Origin: Tubiluchus corallicola
Lineage: Eukaryota; Animalia; Priapulida
Direction of reading: 5' to 3'
Assembly: GCA_030141605.1 (NCBI GenBank)
Contig: JAQGDQ010000178.1
Location: 248,001-312,000, forward strand
Length of the DNA: 64,000 bases
Part shown: in pieces, positions 29,263 through 41,093 of the stretch
How the letters are laid out: every line of letters starts with the position of its first letter
How positions within the stretch are numbered: the stretch's first letter is position 1
Notes under the pieces: model-generated
Database searches by the model: none
What the model saw: the letters and a program-made list of their open reading frames with translations, nothing else
Told to the model about the DNA's origin: nothing
Program-made: the position numbers and the translations under genes

Positions 29263-29717
29263 CCGTATTTTCCCGTGTATAAGAGACCCTTTTTTGCTCA
29301 GAATTTTCACTTTAAAAATCAGGGGTCTCTTATACATGGGAGTAAGTCTTTTCAATAAGATGCATAAATTGTGACACTAATGATTTTAAAGAAATAAGTG
29401 CTCTACAACTGTTTTGCATGTCGCGTTCGACTATGAAGCGGTTGTAAGCAATACAAGCATCGTGACACAGGCATTATCTCCTCGTTTTCTCTTTTCCTGT
29501 TACAGGTTTGCAGGTACGCACTTTAATATATACCAGTACTCTTTTTCTACAACACATTAACTGGTTTTATTTTGTTTTCAGTACCGCACTGAGTTGAAAA
29601 AAGTTGTACTCTACCCTCTAAAAATGTCCGTCTGAAAAAACTTTTTTCCAGAATTTTTGCCTAAAAATTGAAGGGGTCTCTTATACACAAGGGTCTCTTA
29701 TACACGGGAAAATACGG
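29263..29717. mobile_element. MITE, Tc1/mariner-pogo type, with perfect 27-bp TIRs and TA target duplication
   Basis: TA|ccgtattttcccgtgtataagagaccc ... gggtctcttatacacgggaaaatacgg|TA; extra internal gggtctcttatac motifs at ~29322 and ~29674. Confidence 0.9.
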
Positions 29718-32700
29718 TAATTAGCAGACGTATTGTAAGATACTACTGAATTACATTTTTGTAAATAAAACTGTTTGAAACGAGTGTTTCGCTAGAATCT
29801 TACTAATCGTTACGAGATATATATAGAGAGATTTGTACGATAAAATCAAAGAATAATGGACCAGGACAATTAACTTGGTGGGTCGTGCTGTGAGATTATC
29901 TGAAGACAGTCCACTAAGTTATTAAAGCTTTCCATGAATCAATTTGATCATCGGAGAAACCAAGAAGAAGAGAATGTAGACTGGATTCATGGGAATCAAG
30001 TTTGCAAACACCAAGCTACCATCCTTAGCCACTAAGGTTGAGATCGTTTAAACATTTAACCTAGTAAGTAAGTTTATTAGTTTATCACCATTTTTAAAAC
30101 AGCAAAATACATAACTAAGAGATTTATAAATCTGTACAACATACAATAATATTACAAAGTGCAAAAGTAATTATTGATTAGTGGTGAAAGGGTGGAACAG
30201 TATTGACACGTGCTAACTGATGTAACCATTGTCTGGTTACGAAACTAACCGAAAATCACTGTCTGTTTAACCATTACCTTCCTTTACATTTTAACACAAT
30301 TTTTACATCACACATAACATTAAACATTTAGAACACTAGGTACTATACTAACAAGGCTTTTACAAGGGAAATTCCCATATTTTCTCTTACTGCGCATGAT
30401 CGTCCTGGCAAAATCATTGCACTACTGAAAACAACACACGGAGTCGCGGACCTGTAGCAACACTAACTCAATGTGCTTTATCGTTTGTTGTGCATTAATA
30501 TTTGGAGTTTGAGAATGTGGTGATTCTAACATGACAAACTCTGAAAGTTTATGTACAACCAACGATGCGTGAGTAAACATGCCATGATTCGGAGGGGGTA
30601 ATTGTGTCGCAGTGTTTCTTTACAAAATTTTGTTTTCAAAAACTTTTTCAAACATTCAAAATGGTTCGCAACTTATTCACGTACTGAAAACATACTAAGA
30701 AAAGTGAATTTCTATGATTATGTAATAGGGTTAGAGCTAGGTAATTTCTTCATATTAATTCGTATATGTGATCGATATTTTACCATATGTATGATGTCAG
30801 CGGGAACTCATAAACTGTTAACCGACTACAATTAATAACATTTAAGTAAAACGCTTAATTAAAAAGCCTAACAATCTCAACTTTATTAGCTACTTGATAC
30901 AGCATGATGTCTGTTATGCTTTTTGTTCAATGACTATTCTATCATTATTGTGATTATATATGAAATGTGCAAATGCCACAAAAGGTTGAATTGTTAAAAG
31001 AGTGTATTATATAACCCAGTTTTGAGTTCCACACACGTGGTTACCAAAATTAAATCTGTAGCAAATGCAAACAATGATAGGTATGCTGCAAACGTGAGTT
31101 AAAGACAAGGTACACAGAAGAGGATTCTCAAAAAAATATGCAAAATGAAAAACAACATTGCGGCTAACTATTTGGTTGTACTTCAACTTCGAAGACACAC
31201 ATTGCGAAAAACTACTTTTTTTCAATAATAATTTCTGTTTGCATTAATTAAACCATTTTTAATTCTTATTAATCTGTTAGTTAAGTCAATACTGTGCCAT
31301 TTCACAGTAAAATGCGGCAATATAATTATGATGATTACATTTTCAAGCTAGCTGCAGGCAAGTACCAAAGACAATTCTCTGCTAGAGGTTAATATTGTGT
31401 TGCAGTACATTACGACGATATGAACACAATTGGGATCATCGTGTCGGATTTGAGATCGTTAAAAAAATTATTACAATTTCAATTGTTCCGTAAAACGAAT
31501 TATGCTCACCAGTTTACTTTTACTTTTTTAGGCTTTATTACAACGAACTTGCGATATCAAGCTTCAACAAAATACTACAAAACTAGTTTAAATCTTAGTT
31601 AAATACACATCGTGGGCAATTATAAAAACTGTTAAAACTTTATCAGCAAAATACTTTTTATCGTCATCATAGTATTATAGCAACAAACTTCTATGTTATC
31701 ACTCCGAATGAATCAAGCAGGGAAATCTTCGATTTTATTTTCAAACTTCAGGCTGCGAAGAAGCATACTTTTTTGCAAGCGAACTACAAGCGCAACAAAA
31801 CAAAAGCATAAACAAAATACTATACACGTAGTGGAAGGGAGACAAAGAAATCAAATAGACTAAATTTGTAAAAGATATTTATCATAATATTATTTAATTT
31901 TATTTCATTATTATGTAATATTTACAGTATAGTTTTAAATTTGCAACAATAATAAAATGTATTAAAACTTAGAGTGAAATTATATAACAATTACATGACT
32001 AGAACGATAATAATTATCAGTTCAGTCCAGCAAAGTAGTCTGAAAGTAAGATTTTGCAGATTATATAATTGAATAAGTGTTTCCAATTACTGTTTTTTTC
32101 CCTTAAATTCAACTTTTGTTTTGTAAATTAAGTTACATGTATATTCATTTCTCTGGATTATATAGAAAATGTCATAATTTTAAAAATTACTACTGTTTCC
32201 TAAATTAAACTGATAACATTAATGCCCACCAGTGTTTAAAAAATCTTTTTATCTATATTCGGTAAAGGATAGCAGACTAGGTGACTTTATAGTCTTTTCG
32301 CTATCCTTTCTCTAGTTCTAGATCTATCTATACATTTTAACCATTTTTCAAAATTCATTAGAGATTCTTTTATTAATCATGTTTTATTGCAACACTATAA
32401 AGAGATAAATAAATTGAAATTGAATTCATTGAATAAACTGAAGAAAGGTGGAAAATAGAAGTAAACGATAACATAATTATAACTGATTGTAATTAACACT
32501 CTAAACAAAGTGTTGACAAAGCAAAATCTTAAGAATTACTTATTGTAACACTTGCGAACTTTATATTAGTTATTATGATTCAAGTTGTTATAACTAATGT
32601 TCAAACATTTGCAATGTACATAACTTTAATGCTGACTATACAATTTGAAATGTGTTAGCTTGGTTAACGTTTTCATGTTCTTACCAGAAGTTACGAATTT

Positions 32701-33170
32701 TATTAATCTCTGCATTGCAATTTCCTAATCAGTACTTATGATTCTATATGAGTCATATAGATTCGTTCTGCTTCTGTGACGAGGGAATGTAGTAGTACTA
32801 GATTAAGTTACGCATGTACAAATGTGCACAACTTTTTACCCGATCGCTGGTGAACATTCACTAATTATTTGATATTAATAAAGTTCACTATTTTACCTTT
32901 ATTTATGTGTGAAGCATAACACTACAGAAGTAAGCAGTGCCACACAATGCAGTTACTACCAGTACACTTACCACCAGTCACCATGGCTGCAATTAGCGCA
33001 ACTGCCATTTTCTCTTTAGCACCAATACCAAACAATGGCGTCAATAACTCATCTTCCCCATAACAACAAAAAAGTTCAATAACTGGCTTTAACATTATAT
33101 AAGTATTTTTCCAGCTCTGTACTCTACAGTTATATAATCGGGTCATATAGTTTATATATATATATATATA

Positions 33171-33266
33171 TGTGAAAATAGCCTGTAGTGTAGGACAATA
33201 TTTTATTTTGTGAAAACAGGCATTAAATAAAGGTAAAGGTGTCCTACACTACAGGCTATTTTCACA
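33171..33266. repeat. 96-bp hairpin with perfect 27-bp arms (mini-MITE-like)
   Basis: tgtgaaaatagcctgtagtgtaggaca ... tgtcctacactacaggctattttcaca, next to a (TA)n run. Confidence 0.85.
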
Positions 33267-35164
33267 GACGTATTAAAAATAATAATAATTTATCTATTTA
33301 CAAATAATATAAAATTAAATACACACACATCACCATTTACACACGCGCACCTGCTGCATTCTCGCGCACATGAATGCACACATCTATACTCTAATACACA
33401 CGATCACTCATTCATTCTCTCATGCACGCATTCACTTTGGCTAAATTTTACACCTATTACAATTACATGAAGGTGGTTTGATGCATTTTTAAATGCACGA
33501 AATAAATTTTAAGTAATACAAAAATGAGAGAGTCAATGAATAACCAGCTAGTAAAATTGAATTTTTAATTTTGGACAATGGATAATTCCTCTTTTGTGAT
33601 AATAATTAAGATTGCGCAACATATTTCTAAGACAGGGATTTTTCAAGTTTAAGAAAGTGATTATCCCGGTTTATCACCGTTTCCCACGCCTTATAACAGT
33701 GAAATAGCACACAAGAATAGGACGAGTTTAGTTGACATAGAAAAATCAACAAAAAAGTCTCCGTCTGACGAAGTGGTAAAACAATGTTTATAGAACCTGC
33801 AGACGGGCAAACATCTAGATCAGACAATTAAGCTAACGTTACAGACAAATTTTGCATCTGTCTTTCGCAAAAATGTGCTTCATTTTTTGTCCCAGGCGGG
33901 CCCATCCGCCCTTTGTGCAGGCTCGCTACAACAAAAAAACTGTATCAAGCGAAACCAGATGACACCAATAAAAAACAATCATTTTGTCACGTGTATTACA
34001 TGTTGTTTACTGTGGCTACCCATTTAGCTTGCTTGCTTCATACAAAAACTGCCGCACACGGGCAAACCTTACCTGAGATGAGTTGCGTCTGACATTTTGC
34101 TACAGACAATTTTTTAGCATGTATGACTAATGTAATGGTACTGCAACTGACGGACTGGAGGTGTTACAACAAAAATGACGACAGAGAGAACAGCAACAAC
34201 AACAACAATAACAACATAATGTAATAATTACATAATTTTTATAATAATATTAATAATAATGTAATATAATTGACGAATATTTTAATTTAACGACAACCAT
34301 CAGTCAAATTTCTGGCATCAATCACTATTAACTTAATTCCTTAACATATAACCAATTATAATATTTAAGCATAAACGAGTGTCTTATCAATATATGTTAA
34401 TAATCCTAATCATTTGAGTAGATCTTATAACTGTGCAAACATACTTAAGAATAAATCAGCAGAGTCTTAAAATCTTACGTATTATGTTATTCAAATCTTA
34501 TGTTTTGAATATAGCTTAAACTTTTATACCTCAAAAAGGCGGATAAATAACAAAAACATTAAAATGTAATACAACAAGTAAATAATAATTATTTAAAAAT
34601 AATTTTGGTTACACTGATTAAAGGTAATCTGTAAAATAAGCTACATCTATCAAAGATATAAAATTGTGCATGCATAAACAATATAATAATTATTTAATAT
34701 ATGTAGTATAATATTTTTAATTATATTATAAATAAGGATTTCGATCGATTTTTTTTTGTTCATATTTGTATTGTTGCCTCAATCATTTAAATTACTTTTC
34801 TCATGTCTAGAACAGAAAATTTTAAACAGTAGAGTTGATTTTATATATTTGAATACAGAAAAGTATACTTGGTGGTACATTTCTGCTTTTCATACAGTTG
34901 TTGGTTATCTGTCACCCAATATTTATACTTATACTTCTACATTTATACTAAATGTCATACTTAATTCGTAACTATTGAACAATCTCTTGTATAATATTTT
35001 ATTTCTACTTTCACTTTTTCTCAACTTAAATTTCTTCCATTGCTTCTAAAGCATTTTTCTTTCCCCCCTCCCCCCCCCTTTTCTTCGTTTTTCAGGAATG
35101 GTATACGTATCCAATCGTTGTTACGACTTTGCCGCCAGTTCAGTATTTAACACAAAAATTCCTA

Positions 35165-35290
35165 AAGCTCAATATATTGAGAAACTTGTTCTTTGCTTTA
35201 ATAAGAGCCGCATTTTTCAATACTAACCAATACTGCCCATCTTCAATAACAGGTCTAGCAGGCGTGTTGAACATTTGGCTTGTCGTACTA
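35165..35290. repeat. Dispersed repeat; inverted copy at 62575-62700
   Basis: ttttcaatactaaccaatactgcccatcttcaataacaggtctagcaggcgtgttgaacatttggcttgtc is the reverse complement of ~62578-62650. Confidence 0.85.
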
Positions 35291-36129
35291 TCAAGTTCTC
35301 ACTCAATAATGTGATCATATAGTAATTTTGCCGTATCGAGTGATCTTGAATTAGTTGATATTTTAGAGTTTAGATTCGCTTATCGATCGCTTTCAGGTAA
35401 TTGATCGGATATCGATTACCCGACTCCGAGGGCTTTAGTTAAGTCGCTAAAGCAATGATCTTGTCCTACACGACTTTCACTTTGACCTTGCGTTGTGAGT
35501 CAGATCTTTATCCCTCAAGTTTACAAGCTTAGCTCCCGCAATTGAGCTCTTATGTACAATGCGAATCTCCTTAAGTTCGTATCTAGGATTTAGTGGTGCG
35601 AATGCAAGTTACCGTTAGCGCTCCAATCATTCACGAACTCAGTGTCTGCGTTAATAAAGTGAACAGACTTTATTGAACTTACAGTTACAATTTAATCACC
35701 TCTGGTTCCAATACAAGATTTGGTCTTATATGCCGATGGGCGTTTACAACTAATGCCTAGCTCCAGAGATGATGCCATTCACTTAATGACTTACAGTATT
35801 GATCTGATGCACTGAAGGTGCTTAATTCATACAACGTTACGATTACAGCTATTCAGATACCAATACAAAATATATAAGTTGAAACACTTAACTTGTGGAT
35901 TGTATCACTACTAAGTGACCTTTCCATTTATGGTCTGTATGCATGAGTGTGACGTACCTTCCAATAGGAACTTGCATGTCTGGTCATGTGATTACAGCTT
36001 TACTCTCCCAGGCATGCAAGTTTCAGTTGATCTAGAGACAGCATTGAGAAAGGATGCAAAATTTCTACTGTAAAATATCATATTGCTAACTTTATGACTG
36101 TTTGTTCAATTTTGTGATTGAGGTGAACA

Positions 36130-36930
36130 TTGTATACGTTTTACAATAAAATGATTGCAAGTTCTTGCTCTTAGCGTGAATAAATTTTGCGTTAATCATG
36201 CATTCAGGGGAGAGCTGGGTCGTCTCCCTCTTAATGTAGGTGCTACAATTAGGACAATGAAATACTGGCTTAAAATACTGAGATCTCCACAAAATACATT
36301 GATATACCAAACCTACGAAGAAAATAAAAATCTTTTTAACCAAAATACGGGATGTTGCTTACAATTTGTGAGAAACATTTTACGTAATTTGGGCTTTTCT
36401 GATATTTGGGAACAGCAAGGGGTCGATCAAACCAAATTTTTTCTACATGCTTTAAAGGAGAAACTACAAACAAATTGTAAAGTTTACTAGAAGGAATGTA
36501 TTATAAAAGAAACGGGCAAAGCAGGTGAAATTACGAACCTATACAAAAGTTAAGCAAGAATTTGAAGCCAAAAAATGTCATTCTTTTTTACGTAATCAAG
36601 TACTAAGATCAAACTTTATGGAACTGAATATCAGTTCTCATAACTTGTATATAGAAAAAGGCCGACATTGTACCTGTTAACAATCGAATACGTAAACAAT
36701 GTAATGAAGGAAAAATTGAAGCTGAAATGCATTTTGTACAATGCTTTATGTAAAAAGTACTATGATTTAAGGTTAAATTTATACAGTTCTATTGTGAAAA
36801 TTTTTCTTGCTTTTATTAATCAACCTATGGAGCAAAAATTTGTTTTGCTGTTAAGAGGTAGTGATTTTGAAATGACAAATTTTGTGTTAAGATTTTTTAC
36901 TGAGCGTCTTAGAAAACGAAATTTACAAAA
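36130..36930 (+). mobile_element. Decayed non-LTR retrotransposon ORF2 C-terminal fragment
   Basis: Frameshifted translation RGELGRLPL..IRTMKYWLKIL..ILRNLGFSDIW..ISSHNLYIEKGR..KIEAEMHF..CKKYYDLR, motifs typical of invertebrate LINE ORF2 3' ends. Confidence 0.75.
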
Positions 36931-37319
36931 TTCAGCTTACCTGCTGTTTTATTTAGTAATGTACGATCTTCATTATCTACAATAATTCCTACGCTTCACT
37001 TTAAATGTATGTTACCATTTTGTAAAATGTAATTTTAATATAATACAAGGTTCTGCAGAGCAAATTTGTTGGAAAATGTAATTGCAATTCTAAAATTCGT
37101 TGTGTACTAAACTACGCAATATAACATAACATAATATCATGTAATTGTGGTATTTAACCATTGTAAATATCGTTTACAATTGTTGTTGTCGTTGTTGTTG
37201 TCATTGTTGTTTGTGTTGATGATTATATCCCATGTGTGGTGTTTTTTCTGTGTAGTTTTTTCTTCATTGTAATGTATTGCATTGTTTATGTAAATTTTTT
37301 GTAACTTGTAATTGCATTT

Positions 37320-38230
37320 GTATGGATTGTAAATCATCCATCATTAAGTCTGGATTGTAAATCATCAATAAGTATTGATTGTAAATCAGCGATAAGTATG
37401 GATTGTAAATCATCAATAAGTATGAATTGTAAGTCATCAATAAATCTGGGTTGTAAATCATCAAGAAATATGGATTGTAAATCATCAAGAAATATGGATT
37501 GTAAATCATCCATAAATAAGTCTGGATTGTAAAACATCAATAAGTATGGATTGTAAATCATCAATAAGTATGGATTGTAAATAATCGATAAGTCTGGATT
37601 GTAAATCATCAATAAGTCTCTGTTGTAAATCATCAAAAGTATGGATTGTAAATCATCAATAAATCTGGATTGTAAATCATCCATCAATAAGTCTGGATTG
37701 TAAATCATCAATAAGTATTGATTGTAAGTCATCAATAAGTATGGATTGTCATCATTAAATCTGGATTGAAAATCATCAATAAATCTGGATTGTAAATCAT
37801 CAATATGTCTGGATTGTAAACATGAAATAAGTTTGGATTATAAATCATCAATATGTCTGGATTGTAAATCATCAATAAATCTGGATTGTAAATCATCCAT
37901 CAATATGTATGGATTGTAAATCTTCAATAAGTCTGGATAGTAAATCATCAAAAAGTCTGGATTGTAAATCATCAACAAGTGTGGATTGTAAATCATCCAT
38001 CAATAAGTTTGGGTTGTAAATCCTCCATAAGTATGAATTGTAAATCATCAATAAATATGGATTGTAAGTCATCAATATGTCTGGATTGTAAAACATCAAT
38101 AAATCTGGATTGATTGTAAATCATCAATAAGTATCGAATTGTAAATCACCAAAAGTCTGGATTATAAATCATCAATAAATCTGGATTGTAAATCATCAAT
38201 AAGTCTGGATTGAAAATCATCAGTAAGTCT
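37320..38230. repeat. ~24-bp minisatellite (tggattgtaaatcatcaataag(tc/ta)), >35 copies
   Basis: Direct reading; lies just upstream of the duplicated cadherin unit. Confidence 0.95.
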
Positions 38231-38926
38231 CATAATTTTTTTAATTTATAATTTTGAAGGCACGTTTTCTGATACCTACTTCAAGGATATTGGCTCACCT
38301 TTTTATCTTACATCATTCTCTATTCTTTTTTGCCAATCAATTCAAAAACTAGGTTTCACCTGAATGCAGATCTACATAACATGAACTATGATCTATGAAA
38401 GGCGGAATTATTTTCAGTGTTTGTGTGTCTGCTCGCTTGTTTGATATGTGTTCGGTTTGTTCATTTGCAGTACTGCACTCGATTCTGTTAAAAAAACTTG
38501 TCAGTGCAGTTCATAATTCTTTTTAATATGTAATCCTACATTCTTAAGGGTCAGTTGCTGTGATTAAATTATGACATCTGAAAAAAGACAATGGATAAAA
38601 ATGTTAAACAATGTCACAGTATTGTTAATTATATACAGCATTATAGTTCTGTATCTATACAGTAGGTCTGGAAATCATTTTCACAGCATTGTGTGAAGTC
38701 AAAGAATGTGAAAAAAACAATGATCAGGAATGGAATGTCTACCTGGCTAGCTTAAATAAAGCGCAAATTTGGAGGACAATTAGAAAAGTGGGAAAAGAAG
38801 GATATCACAAGACGGTGCAGAATTGATCACTTGAGCTATTCTTGTATTACTGTCGTAGCACTCAGTGGAATGTTGATTTGACATACTTTGCATTACTCAA
38901 AGCGGTATTCTTTATTTAAGACAAAA

Positions 38927-40861
38927 ATGCATTTCATCGTGCATGATCATGTTTGCCGTACTTTCACTGGCAAAGCTGTGGCCAGTATTTTGCACAATAT
39001 TGTACTTACCATGATAGTTTTTCTTGGTTTTGTAGTCCTGGCTTCTTCAAGAATAGATACAACTCGGTGCAATGACGTAATGAAATCGCAGTATTATTTA
39101 ACTGTTAAGGACAATCGTGAGCCTATGAAAGATGTTACTAAGTTCTACGGTAAAAAAGATGGTATTACTTTCTACTTTATAAGATTCGAATTAGTGGAAG
39201 ACCCAGCACGACTGATTGGTTTGGGAAGCTCAGAGAATGACAGATACACATACGCATTCAATTTAGTTATTATAAGGTCTGTAAAAGACTATCTCAGAGA
39301 ACAAGATGACCAACCCTTAAGCTGGACGGCGATAGTCAAATGCTCTTCAGAGCTACACCAGGAGGAATTGAACATAAAAATTAAAGTTACTATAGAATCA
39401 GCGAATGAACACCCACCAAGAGCAGCACCGGGAACGCAAGATAGGTATCCTGTCTCAGAAAAAGCTAAGATTGGAACAATGTTAGCAAGTTTTGTGGTGC
39501 TAGATGACGATGAGAATGCTCCCTACAATTCTTTTTCAACGTGTTCCATCAAGGGCAATAATTCCAAATTTGAAGCAAAAGCAAGACCCAGTACCAACAA
39601 TTGTGAGATTTTCTTGCGCAAGAAATTAGATTATGAGCAGCAGTCGCTGTATAAGGTCGAAGTTACGATGCTTGATGCAGGTGTTATTCCAAAAGAAGGC
39701 ACACATGTATTCACTTTCGATGTAGCAGATGTCCATTTCAATCCTGTATTTGATGCAGAAATGTATTACGCCACTATAAAAGACAATGACCCAGTAGGGA
39801 CGATAATAAATGTCCAGCCAAACAGAATTTCTGCTGTCGACGGTGAATCGGGCAAAAGTGATGAACACATAAGATACAGCCTGGTAATTGGAGGTAAACC
39901 TTTTCAGTTTGTCAATGCACATAATAAAGAAACGCCAGAGGAACGTGTAGGGGACATAAAAATAATAGGAATGATTCGAGAACTCGAGTATTTCATGCCA
40001 CTCAAAGCCACTTACGTGAAGGATGGCGAACCCGAGTACTACACTGCAATGACAGGCATACACATTACAGTGCAAATTCAAGGACCACCCCCTAGATTTA
40101 CTCAAAATTTGTACAAAGCTACAGTTGTGGAAAATCTTCCTGAAGGACGGAGGGTATTGGTTGTCCAAGCCAAAGATTTATCCCGGACAAACATCCCGGA
40201 GTTTTCTTATAGTCTGAAGACAAAGACTGGCGAATCAGTAAGTGAGTTTACAGTGGACGGCTATAATGGTATAATAACAGTTACGAGAAAACTGACTCCA
40301 GGAGTCCATGTTTTTGTTGCAGTGGCTGCAAATGCTGATGGGTCGAGGGAGGCTGACGTTGAGGTGACCGTTTTGGCAGAAATTAATGAGAATCCAAAGT
40401 TCTCAAAGGACTTTTATGATTTCAAATTTGCGAAAAACGTTTTGGTCGATGATGGCGTTAATGCAGTAAGTGCAACACCTGCAGACGTTGTTAAGTTTAG
40501 AATGCTTACTATGCACGAGTACTTTGTCATTGAGTCTCCTCAGCAGGGAATCGGCATCATTACAGGCACGGATATGATGATAGAAACTTTGCCGTTGGGA
40601 AAGTACAGTTTAGTTGTCCTTGCCTGCATAGATGGAAATGTAGCAATTGGTGAAGATGAGTTGTGCAGTGCAGTTGAAGTAGAGGCCACTGTAGTAAAAG
40701 AGATCGATAATTGGATAGAGGCACTGCGTGATGATTCAACGACTAGCTACAGCATGAACGAAGTTCTCATACTCGTAGCTTTTGATTTGGTTTTGTTTGG
40801 CATCGTATGCGTCCTAACCTACATGATTATTATGCAGCAGCGATACAAAATGGGAACCTGA
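38927..40861 (+). CDS. Intronless cadherin-repeat single-pass membrane protein, copy 1 (644 aa, ~5 EC-like domains, very short cytoplasmic tail)
   Basis: ATG 38927 (aligned to the paralog start); N-terminal hydrophobic segment; cadherin motifs NEHPP, VSEKAKIGT, LDDD, LDYE, DAG, NPVF, ENLPEG, EINENPKF; C-terminal TM VLILVAFDLVLFGIVCVLTYMII then MQQRYKMGT*. Confidence 0.9.
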   Translation: MHFIVHDHVCRTFTGKAVASILHNIVLTMIVFLGFVVLASSRIDTTRCNDVMKSQYYLTVKDNREPMKDVTKFYGKKDGITFYFIRFELVEDPARLIGLGSSENDRYTYAFNLVIIRSVKDYLREQDDQPLSWTAIVKCSSELHQEELNIKIKVTIESANEHPPRAAPGTQDRYPVSEKAKIGTMLASFVVLDDDENAPYNSFSTCSIKGNNSKFEAKARPSTNNCEIFLRKKLDYEQQSLYKVEVTMLDAGVIPKEGTHVFTFDVADVHFNPVFDAEMYYATIKDNDPVGTIINVQPNRISAVDGESGKSDEHIRYSLVIGGKPFQFVNAHNKETPEERVGDIKIIGMIRELEYFMPLKATYVKDGEPEYYTAMTGIHITVQIQGPPPRFTQNLYKATVVENLPEGRRVLVVQAKDLSRTNIPEFSYSLKTKTGESVSEFTVDGYNGIITVTRKLTPGVHVFVAVAANADGSREADVEVTVLAEINENPKFSKDFYDFKFAKNVLVDDGVNAVSATPADVVKFRMLTMHEYFVIESPQQGIGIITGTDMMIETLPLGKYSLVVLACIDGNVAIGEDELCSAVEVEATVVKEIDNWIEALRDDSTTSYSMNEVLILVAFDLVLFGIVCVLTYMIIMQQRYKMGT

Positions 40862-41093
40862 CTCTAATAGCCTATTGTTTGCTGCCAACTTCAATAATTG
40901 TCACCTTTGAATGTTATAATAATTTTTTACACACAATTTCCTGTCTGTTTCTTTTTTAAAAGAACGTTTTAATTTTTTCTTGCTCATTTTTCTATTTGTT
41001 TTCTTTTTTAAAGGAATGTTATACTTTTTTCATGCATGCTTTTCTGTCAGTTATCTTTTTTTAAAGGAATGTTATAATTTTTCTGCACAGTTT

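Noticed and set aside
37264-38099. Repetitive MIYNP/DDLQS ORFs
   Set aside because: Translation of the 24-bp minisatellite.
38888-38926. N-terminal extension of cadherin copy 1 from TTG
   Set aside because: Non-ATG start; ATG 38927 aligns with the paralog's start.
40800-40900. Variable-exon/constant-exon splicing as in vertebrate clustered protocadherins
   Set aside because: No GT donor between the TM and the stop, and no constant exons seen.
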